A stretch of DNA of 64,000 nucleotides from Gonapodya sp. JEL0774 (Eukaryota): the NCBI GenBank assembly GCA_027604505.1, contig JADIIX010000016.1:124001-188000 (forward strand), in the 5' to 3' direction. Under the pieces are notes generated by a model that saw only the letters and a list, made by a program, of their open reading frames with translations, did not search any database and was not told the origin of the DNA. The translations under genes and the position numbers were made by a program. This document shows positions 53,701-64,000 of the stretch, in pieces. The stretch's first letter is position 1. Each line of letters starts with the position of its first letter.

Positions 53701-54806
53701 TCCGTAAAAGTTTTTGTTCCAAAGGATATGCGGAGCTTAGAAGCGAGGAACCAACTCGGAAAGACGATCCGCGAGGTTGAAAAGCGATTCCCGTCAGGAC
53801 TGCCGATTCTCGATCCAATTGCGGATATGGGGATCAAGGACGACAAGTTCAAAAAGCTTCTTAAGGTGAACCAATGTTCGACTTTTGAAGGTTCATTCTG
53901 CCCGTTTTGACTGGAACAAGTGCTCCATTCACTCAGAAAATTGAAGTACTTCAAGCGAAGCTTCAGTCGCACTCCCTCAGCTCGGATCCCCGACTCACCG
54001 ACCTTCTATCTTTATTTGAGCAGAAGCGTAAACTCACACAACGTATTCGTCTGCAAAGGAAACTCATCGAACAGACAACAAGCATCCTACACCTGGATGA
54101 ATTGCAGGCCCGCAAACGTGTGTTGCGGCGACTTGGTTACTCCAACGACAATGATGTCATCGACGTCAAGGGCAGGGTAGCTTGTGAGCTTACCACGGGA
54201 GACGAGCTTGTGCTGACCGAATTGCTGCTTAACGGTGTGTTCAACGAACTGAGTCCAGAGCAAACTTGTGCAGTGCTGGGGTGTTTTGTATTTGGAGAGA
54301 AGGTTGGAGTCGTTTTACTGCTTCGCGTATCTCAACTTGATTGACAGACCATCTGGTATTGGTGAATTCAGGCTGAGGAACTCGCAAAACTTCGCGACGA
54401 CCTGCAGGCTCCTATCCGGGCCTTGCAAGACACTGCCCGGCGAGTAGCCCGTGTATCTATTGAGTCGAAGCTTCCGGTCGACGAGGAAACGTATGTGCAG
54501 TCATTCCGCACAGAGCTTGTTGATGTGGTGTATGCCTGGGCTCAAGGCATAAAGTTCTCCCAAGTCGTGAGAATGACTGACGCGTTTGAAGGGAGCATCA
54601 TCCGAGCAATTCGGAGACTTGAAGAGTTGCTGCGGCAAATGGCTACCGCGGCAAAGAGTATCGGAAACGAGGAGCTGGAAAAGAAATTCGAGAGTGGTGA
54701 GTTTCTTTCGAACTAGTTCGTTGTGTGTGCTAACACGCTCCATCTACGTCCAGGGATTGAGAAGATTAAACGAGACATTGTTTTTGCAAGCTCATTGTAT
54801 CTGTAA
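50703..54806 (+). CDS. MTR4: Ski2-like DExH RNA helicase Mtr4/Dob1
   Basis: 'LDPFQ', '[20 protein letters not shown]', '[14 protein letters not shown]', '[15 protein letters not shown]', '[17 protein letters not shown]', '[10 protein letters not shown]', KOW/arch region, C-terminal '[13 protein letters not shown]'. Confidence 0.97.
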
Positions 54807-54881
54807 CGTCACTGTACATTTGCAATAATCTGTAAAATATTAATATCAATACAAATCCTTCGCACTTGCAAAGTGTATCGA

Positions 54882-57800
54882 TTATCGTGCTGGCGGCAGC
54901 GCCATTATTTGCAAGAGTTGATCGTTCACCTGAGTGACCAGCGTCAGTACTTGGGCTCGGATCTCTTTGTAGTCGCTTTCCGCTGTTTTAGAATCGATAT
55001 CTACGAGATGCATAACACCCCGGCACATCTTCAGAATGGAAACAAGACAGGCGTATCTGCAACCACTCACATTCTCTCATGTCGTGGTTACTTTTCTCCA
55101 CCAGCTTAAGTTTTTCCTCCAAGCCCGCCAGTTGTATGTGAGTCTCGTTCTGTTCCAACTGACGTCGCTTTGTTTGGTGCTGCTGTTCCAGTTCCATCAT
55201 TTCTTTTTGGAGAGAATCCCGATTTTTCACTAATGTTGCTCGATCGGCAGCATTTTTCTGAGAAGGGAAGGTTTATCCGGAGTTTTGTTGAAGTTCACTC
55301 CGTCGTACTACTCACATTCTTCTGGGTCTCAGCCTTCCTCCTGAGCTCTTCCACAGTTTCGTACTGCAACATGCCGGCAGAAATTTGAGCTGCCTTTTCT
55401 TTTATGTTCACGAGTTCAGCAGCGATTTTGGTATCCAGCTGATTGACCTTGCCAAGATCGGAAAGCAACCGGTCGCGCTCTGTACATCAGAGTTTCGCAA
55501 AAGAACAATAACCAGATCATAGATCAAATGAGATCAGGAAAGAGGAACTCTGTAAGTTCATTGTCATTGAGGGGGACGAAACGGAATGAAATCTCACCCG
55601 CCCCTATTGCCTCCAATGTATTCTCCGAGGTCTTCATCTCTTTCTCTTTGAACTTGAGATCTCCTTGCAACTCCTTAAAGTCATCGTGAGTCGGTAAGGC
55701 GGACAGGTCTTTCCTGGAGAGGGCCTGAGAATTCCCAACCAACACCACCTCTGTCAACAAGGAAATCGCAATCTCCGCGATGCTCTACAAAGCTTGATAC
55801 GCACCGCGATCTTTTCTAAATGCTCGCAGATTTCCCGTTCCAGCTCCACGATCCGATCCCTTGCCTCTTGTATGCGGCGGTCGTAAGATTCGAGGAAACT
55901 CGTCATGTCGCGGTCCCGGCGGGCGAGTTCTGCGAACTTGCTCCGACGATCAACTAGAAAATAGGATGAGTTGGATTATGGCTTGACACGACGTGAGCGA
56001 CGCACAGGATCACGGAGTGAGGTTCATATCCCCATTCCGAAGTCTCCACTAACCTTCTCCTTCAGCGCCTTCCTTCATGCCATCCAGTTTCTCTTTCATA
56101 TGTCGTATCTCTTCTTCGACTTCACCAATCCTCCTTTCCATAGCCGCTGCTTCCTGGTTCGCCCGCTTCATCTACGTCAAACACAGGGGTGTCCGACTCC
56201 AATCAGCTGTCATCCAACGCCCACCAAATCACAGAAACCATACCCACCTCTTCCACCATTCCTTCCCTCCCAGTTTCACCACCCCCCGAGCTCGCCATCT
56301 CATCCCGCTTCGCCTTTAACTCAGCCAGCCGCTTCTTCAAGAGAAACGCACGGTGATGAGGCGGTGATCGGAGAAAAATCTGTCGACCATTTTTTTGGGG
56401 TAGTTCATGGATGGTGTAATTGGTCCGAAAGGTCAGACGCGATTAAACATCTAAGCACTACCTTCCACCACTTGTGTTGTTCCATACCCGCACACCCACC
56501 TGTTCCAATTCTTTTAACTTTCCTGCCGATCGATCTGCTTCCTCTTGCCGCTCTGCGATACGTTTCGCTGTCGTTGCTACGTCAGCAGTGAGGGCGCGGT
56601 ATTCTACTAAAAGGTTGGGAGGCTTGAGGTCGAAGAGAGAAATTTCGGATCCACAGCGTCATGACTAAACGAAAATTGATTATCACGCACAAGTCGTGTC
56701 ACCATTTCCTCCGCGCGCCGCCGTTCCCGGTCTAATTGTCCCTCGAGATCACGGAGCGTTTGCTCTTTGCTTTGATTTTCACCATGATGATGAACAGATG
56801 TGCAAGAATGCGTCAAGAGAAACCAGGACGACGGGTGAAACGATTGAACGATTGTGATGCAGTTAGTGAAGAGTCACCAAATTTGCCCAACTTCTTCTTT
56901 TCAGCCTCATAATCCACTTACGCCTTCCTCTTCCCCATTATTGCCTCAGCCTCTCTCTCCCTCGCATCATTCTTCTCCTTTGCATCCCTTGCCTCCTGTT
57001 CCACGTCATCAGGATCCGAGCCGGCATGGGCACGCTCGGAGAGGAGATTAAGGTCGGCAAGTTGGGCACGAAGAGCTGTGAGTGTGGTAGTAAGGAAAGA
57101 CGATCTAGAGGGAGTAAAAGCTGGGTGGTAAAAGCGGAGTAAACGCGGAAACGCATAAGTTAGTGGGATGAGCTCCCACCCCAGTCCTGCAAAACTTCAG
57201 CTGGATTTTTAAGTATCTTAACGTGCTCCCTCTCAAACCCGCTATCAAGATGGGTTATCGCAACTTGATATTGGCCCTCTCAAACCACTCACTTCTTTTC
57301 CCAAACATCCATTTGCACCGCTTCTCTCTCCCTATCCTCGCACTCGCGTTCCATCCTCGTTATCTCCTGCTGGACCAGTGCAGCTCTCGAACGAACTTCA
57401 GCAGCGTAGAAAGAGGCGTCTTGGATGAGACGACCGGGGCCTGAATGGGGGCGGGGGTGCCGAATCGCATTAAGGAAAGGAGATAAGGCAAGAACAGAGT
57501 ATTCCGTAACCTTGATATGACGTCTTGATTCCGCCGAGGCCTTGTTGGGTGACAGGTCGGTCAGCAATGGAGGGTCCTGTCGACGAGCGGTGGACTTATG
57601 TCTTTCGTGAATTGTCATCATTAACAATCAGTGAAACCCACCCAGTCTCATTCCGGTCCCGGGTCTCATCCCACCAAAAGGAAGTGCTGTCCCCGGTGCA
57701 CGACCTGGACAACAAAATAGAGGTTTCGCCTCATCGCTGAAATACGTATTTGTCATCAAACCCTCACTGGGAAATGCAAGACCGGTTTTGGGGGGGGCGC

Positions 57801-58146
57801 CGGCAGGGGGCGTACGGCTCCATGCTGCGATGCGATACGCGGGCGAATATATAACAGTGGGTGAATGATGATGGAAATAGTGGGAAGATTCCAAGAGTGA
57901 TGAGGTGACTTCATGCATTGGAGCCGTTGGGACCGACATATCCAAGGCAAGCTACCATCAGACTTACCGGGTGGCGCGTTCTGTCTGGATGTGCCCGGAC
58001 GCATTGCCGGAGTCGGTGGCCGCTGGTCTAGGATCAATCATTCGTCGCCAGTTGCAGCGACGCCCGCAATTTGCAAAATGGCGATCCCAGCTTCAAAACT
58101 CAGAAACGGCAATGCGGATCGACCCTAAAGCAGACGTACTTGACAT
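54882..58146 (-). CDS. IFT74: Intraflagellar transport protein 74 (many exons)
   Basis: N-terminal 'RPPTPAMRPGT...GMRPGTGMRLG'; 'RLIQDASFYAAEVRSR', 'ADYNTL', 'LPTHDDFKELQGDLKFKEKEMKTSENT', 'NETHIQLAGLEEKL', 'AESDYK'. Confidence 0.9.
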
Positions 58147-59142
58147 CTGGTGCAGTTTTACGTCCGCCAAAGGGAAAGCAAGATTGTACTTGCTGGCGGA
58201 GGTGATGAGGTGTTGATCAACCTATCTGATAACTATAGGACTACAACAATCACACACTATTTCAGACCCAGTCACAGTGAAGACATGGGGCATCACTTGG
58301 TACCCTCCACATCTACGCCAACTACACAGCTGTGCACCTCAAGGTGTGGCATTTGTTTCATCAGCGAGTCTCTGACCTCCACCACCGAATCCACGTGTAT
58401 TCTTGGATCTATTTGGCGGACCATGTGAAGCCTCCCCGTGTCCGACGAGCACACAAGGATTTTTCGGGGGTCAAGACCAGCGGAGATAAGGGTGGCGCGA
58501 GCAGGGTGGCTAGAGATTGAGGTGGATATCGAAAGAGTTGAAGACGGATGGGAGGGGAAGATGACGTAAATGTCGTGGGATGCGAGTGAGAGGAGGTTGA
58601 TGAGATGGGAGATTGTGGGATGATTTGGGGAGAGGGTCGGCTACAATCGCCAAAGAAGCAATGTTAAAGGCAGTGCTCGGTGTAGAGGAGAAAGTACAAG
58701 ATGAGAACGGAAAACTGTACCTCGTCAAGATAGATCGTGAGTTTGGGTTTCCGACTAACTGGTCCGGTAGCCTTCCGGTTCACATCTGTGGATCCCCGCA
58801 TCGCGCGCCTATCCATATTCGTTTCAACCACTGGACTGGCCCTCGTATCACTTGTTATCTCAGGAGGAGAGACGGGATGGGAAGCCGATGCATCAGAAGG
58901 AGTGCTAAGGTAGAACCACAGGAACGCTGACAGTATGGCGGCTGCAGAGCCAAGAGCGGGCCATAAGAGGGACATGGAAGAAGAAGAAGAAGAAGGTATA
59001 AGTGCATTTGAGCGAGAGCGGGCAGTGGAGCGGCGGGAGGCCATGAAATTTCGATCAATTGTGATATGCACTGCAGTATTTGCGAAACACACAACATTGA
59101 ACACGGAGGAGGAACTGAACTGAGAAACTGAGCTTGGAAAGC

Positions 59143-60397
59143 ATGTCCGATCGCGAAGTGCATCCCCATCATCATCACGTGCATCATCGACCTGAGCATG
59201 AGCGCTTTCACAAATTGGCACCTTTCGCGTACGTGGACAAACACGAACCACACAGCGGTAACTCGTCGGGATCGAATCTGGCGCTCATTTTCGGGTGGTT
59301 CGGAGGTAGCATTCGCGTAAGTGAGGTCGCGCGGCCGCTTTGTTATTCGCTACTGGTTCTCCGAGGGTTGCATTCCATAGCATGTCGCGAAATACGTTCC
59401 GCTATATCACAAGCGAGGATACAGAGTGATCGTTGTCACAAGTTCTTTTGATTCGCAACCGGATTGGTTCCGAACCTTTGCTGACGCGGTAGGTCTTCAG
59501 TCAAGACATTCACAACTTGGCTTTCAACGATGTTTGTCACAATAGGATGCTGGTGTTCCTCCCTTCATTCCGATAGCCGATTACGTAGTGGCACATTTTT
59601 CCTCGGCACTGCTTCCTGCAGAAAGTTCCACGGACTCGCAGTCCGCTCTTATCGCTCCGAACCATGTTGCTGTTCACGTTTTCTCAAACGGTGGAACGAG
59701 TCAGTTTTACTATTTTTTGCAAGCCATGAAACGGATTGGGAAACGGTTGCATGCTAAGGTATTGAATACGTCGACCTAACCGTTTTGATCTCCGTTGTGT
59801 CTTACCCGCGTGAAACACTACAGGCTCTAATCGCCGATTCCACACCCTCAGCGGGTGCAACTGTCAACGCCATGTCACGTTTTTTCCTTGGATCCCTCAA
59901 TTACCGCCCCACGACTTTAAATCTTTTGTTTGCTAAAGCCGTTGCCACCATTGTCTTTGTGATCCTTCACACCATGCGGATCACTGCTGGTGGATTATTC
60001 CGGATGGCCTGGATGTTACGCTTGACGCAAAAGAAAGTGGACATGAGGCAGGAAAATAATGCGGTGGATTTGGGTAGGAAAGCACTTCTTGCGAACGAAA
60101 TGCGTTTGGCGAATCGGTTGTTCGTGTACTCAGATGTGAGACTTTTTTTTTATTGCACCCGATTAACTTGTATCTGTCTCCGCCTTGACTCTCTGTCCAC
60201 ATCCACGCTAGAATGACCAAGTCGTCACGGCTAAAGAAGTCTCGTCCTTTGTAAAACTCACCCGCGACACCCTTAGTTCCAGCCACAAGCCGAGCGGTTC
60301 CATCACAGAGCTTAGATTCGCAAAAAGTGGACACGTAAGACATTTGTGCGAGGAGTATGAAATCCAACTTGCAGAGCTGCTGGACAAGTGCAAGTAG
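59143..60397 (+). CDS. DUF829/TMEM53-family alpha/beta-hydrolase-fold protein
   Basis: 'LIFGWFGG..RHVAKY', 'VHVFSNGG', 'IADSTP', 'RLFVYSD|NDQVV', 'FAKSGHVRHL'. Confidence 0.9.
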
Positions 60398-60572
60398 TAA
60401 CCATCATTGGTGGTTCTCAAACCACGTAATTTTGGAATGAAGGCTTGCGATTTTTCTCTGGTTCATATGTACTCTACCGGAAACGATTCGAGTGACAATC
60501 AACTTTTGTTGTAAACTGATGCATTTGCAAAATGAACAGTCGTCTTTATCTTACATGGTTTCACCATTCGCC

Positions 60573-63500
60573 TCACACATCTACTTCCATTTCCTCGTCA
60601 TCTTCCTCTTCTCCATCCCCATCCGCATCTTCCTCTTCCTCCGAGAACTCCTGGACCTCCACCCCACCATCTGTCCCAACTCCCCCACCAGAACCCCACT
60701 GCCCCGTCCCTGTTTCACCAAAGCTCTCCACTAGGGGACTCATCACCATACCCTGACCGATCCACGCCGGAGAGAAAGGCTGCCCACCAACGTTCCCCGT
60801 AGAGCTGCCCTGCCTGCTCAATGCAAGCCGGTGCACAGGTGTCGACGGAGACTCCGGACCCTCGGGCGCAGCACCGTGTGGCCGGAATGAAAGTCTGATC
60901 TTGGTTCCACTGGTACCGGCACTGCCGCTGGAAATACTTCCTGCAACAGGAGAGCGGTCCAAGTTCGCAACAGACGGGATCTTGGGCCACCCGGGATCGC
61001 TCTGCAGCGGACTTCCCATGGCGCTCACCGTAAGATCTGACAAAGACGTGGGCCTCGCCAGAGTCTGGAACGTGGCTTGCGCCGGGGTCCCGGCGCCCCC
61101 ACTTGCCAACCCAGACCCAGCGCCTAGTGGGGCAGCCATTCTGATCTTAAACTTGGGCTTCTGTATGGAGTCGATTGTGTCGTGTTGCGACGCCAAGGGA
61201 GGCTGCATCACATTCTGTCCGGTATCACCCTCTGCGCCAAGTGTCGGCCACAGTGCAGGTACAACCATTGGCGACAGTTCTCTCGTTAATCCAACACCAA
61301 CTCCAAGCCCAGTTGCCGACGCTGCCCTTCCTATTGTCCCCGCTCCAATCATTTTCCTCCCTCCCGTAAGTGTTCTCTTCATTCTGCCCGTACCCTCCCT
61401 TCCACCTGGAGCTCTCCCGCCCCTGGTTGATCCCATTTCTCCAGCTGTGACCATCCCTCTTCCCCTTCCCCCTCTCCTCTTTGGTGGCACCACCCTAGTC
61501 CATGGTTCGTAATCGAACCCTACCGCCCCCATTACCCCGCCAAAAATGCCACCACCCACTCTTGTGCTCCCTTCTTTCTCCGGCGTGGCTACGTGGAGCT
61601 TCCCACCTCTCCTCGCCTGCCGAAATAATCTGGAAAAGTGCTGGTCAGATGGGTGGGAAGACATCAGCGCAAGGTCGAGTGCTGAGTCAAGAAGGGATCC
61701 ACGGGAATGAGAGAAGAGACTGCGGGACGACGGAGAATGCAACATAGAGAGATGGGTTGAGAGGCGGGGGAGAATGGTGGGACGACGTGGAAATGCCGGG
61801 GGTGCGGAAGGTGGTTGGGTTGGGCGGGATACAGTAAACTTGAGTTTCAATTTTGGGGGGGAAGCGATTTCGGGTTCACAAGAGGATTGAGATGCTGGGA
61901 TAATGGTGGGACTAGGTGCGACGGTGGGTCGCTGCACCTCTGTGTCATTCGCCTTCTCCATATCCTTTCCCTCCAAGTTCAAGATCTCTTTCCCGCCCAC
62001 CCCAATCTGTTTCAACCCCTCCAAAGCCTTCCTCCACAAGGCGATCGGGTCCGGCGGCGGAGGACGGCCAGCTTCAATGCCTAACGGCACTGGGCCGGGT
62101 TTGACGCGATATGGTGGGGCGATGGAGTTTGCGGTTTCCACGACTTCAGCAGACGTTGAGGAGAAACTGATCGAGGGACCGTTCGCGGTTCCGACATCAA
62201 TTGCTACATCGGTGTCACCGACCACGTCCACATCTCCATCCCCTGTGACAGATGTATCAAGTGTACTGTCAGCTTGCTCATCGCTCAAACCTTTCATAAG
62301 GAGGGCACTACCCGGTGATGCTGATTCTTTTCCTGTCGTGTCTTGTGCTCCGCTCTGTACATGCCATTCGGCCTGCTGCTCCTCCCGCTGAATTGAACCT
62401 TCCGCCCCTTCCGCGGCGGCTTCTCCTCCCTCTCCTTCCCCTACTCCCTCCGTCTTCACTCCCTCCATTTCTTCCTTTCCCATCAACTCCCGCTCTCCTT
62501 GTTCTTCCTTTCCCTCTCTTTCCTCTTGCTCCCCTTGCCGAAGATTGTGCTCCTTCCTAGGCATCTGAACCCACCCACCCTTGATCCAATACTGTAACCC
62601 TCCTTTTCCGATCCTACTTCTTCCCCACTCTATCACATGTTCATGTGCATCTGGCACACCCTCGTCACCGGGGGCGAGATGGGAAGCGATGTAGCCTAAT
62701 CCGGCAAGGCGGCGCGGGAGGGTCAAAGATGTGGGGAAGGAGAGGGTGTATGATGTCGGTGGGAGAGTTGGAGAGGGGGAACGGGAAGGAGAAGGGGATT
62801 GGGAGCGGCGAGAAGGGGAAGGAGACATTCGGGCGGAACCCGGGGATGGAGAACCGGAAGAGGCTGTACAGGGTGATGAGATGCGGCCTGGCAAGGCATC
62901 TTTCAATGCCATGTCCTCCATGTCTTCTTCAACATTTTGTTCGTGGTCTCCTTTCACTCTTTCTTGATCTGGCACCTCCAAGGTCCCATCACTTGTATCA
63001 CGGCCCAGCGCTACTAGAGCCTTTGCGATCCCACTCCCTGAATTGTTTCTCTGTCTGGAACTCGGGCGTCTATACGCTGGTATGGACAAATCCATCGAAG
63101 GGATGAGGAAGTTGAGGAGGGGATTTGTTGGAGGTGCAGAAAGAGGTTCCGCGAGTGCAGGAACTGCTAACGCATTGGTAGGGGGAGCGCCTACTACCGT
63201 GCCGTTTGTTCTCACATTGAGAGCGGAAGAAGCGGAGTCGGGTCCGGCTGTTGTGAGTGGTGGCGCAAAGGGATCGGAAGGGGCCATTCCGTTTGTGGTT
63301 CCGCCTCCACCTCCGCCTGGACCATGCGGTGCCGCGGCAAGGCTGGAGATGATGTCGGTGAGTCCTGTGCAATACAGATGTGGGGGTTTTTATGAATGAC
63401 AAACCAGGTGGTAGCATCGACGCACGAACAACGCCAGTCGGTACTCACCAATAGGGAATGGTCCCGGATCGAGTCGAACAAAGCCACCCTTGACGAGCTT

Positions 63501-64000
63501 TCCATCATTGATGTTGTTCTGGAGTTGCCCATGCCCTTGATACCCTGAGGAGCCCTGTTGACCATGCCCTGGGATGACGAATTCGTACTCGACGGTTGAT
63601 GACGCATGTCCATGGCCGCGTTGGCTGTTGGCGGGGCCACGAAAGGAATGTGGCGTCTGCGCTGACTGCGAGAGTTGGGAAAGTTGAGAGTCGAGGAGGA
63701 GAGAGAAACCTGCAACTGGGTCTGTTGTATTCGGCGAGATATCCGGACAAAGCATCGGCGGACCGTCAGTAGCAGTTTGAGTGTTCTCACAGCTCCACAT
63801 TCAGGATCAATCCTCCACCCATAATCAGACGTCAGTGCCTTTCAAACGACGTGTTCCTACCGAACTGCTTGATATCTCCCCGCTTCGCACTTAATAAGTT
63901 CAGCCTTCTTCGTCTAGCTGTAACAAGGTCCCACTCGAGGATGTTGCGGCTTCTATGCATGTCATCCCGACTGCTGCAACCACCCCTGCCACACGTGTGA
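60573..64000 (-). CDS. Partial gene (5' end probably beyond the window): large disordered protein with acidic C-terminal tail
   Basis: Terminal-exon ORF of 904 aa (60573..63287) preceded by a CAG acceptor near 63367 and further upstream ORFs; no recognised domain. Confidence 0.7.

Overview
Intron-rich eukaryotic genomic DNA, most likely from an early-diverging zoosporic (chytrid-like) fungus. That assignment is inferred from fungal genes (Zn2Cys6 TF, DUF2015 protein, Pcl-type cyclin) occurring alongside flagellar genes (IFT74, CCDC42/CFAP73-like). About 21 tightly packed genes were reconstructed by eye from ORF fragments and splice signals: Zn2Cys6 TF, LUFS/Q-rich/WD40 protein, MDR oxidoreductase, a hypothetical, NIPA Mg2+ transporter, SMYD-type SET protein, hexokinase, PP2A methylesterase, DUF2015 protein, Pcl-like cyclin, ankyrin protein, polycystin-1-like receptor, dephospho-CoA kinase, a hypothetical, CCDC42-like, primase large subunit, secreted PAP2 phosphatase, MTR4, IFT74, DUF829 protein and a partial low-complexity gene. 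Three items stand out. (1) A polycystin-1-like receptor with plant-type LRRs, REJ/GAIN-GPS and PLAT that stops after TM5 and has no channel domain. (2) A protein with the full plant LEUNIG architecture. (3) A bacterial-type PAP2/autotransporter-repeat phosphatase that carries introns and an added N-terminus. No rRNA, tRNA or CRISPR array was seen. Family assignments come from motif recognition only; no searches were run.
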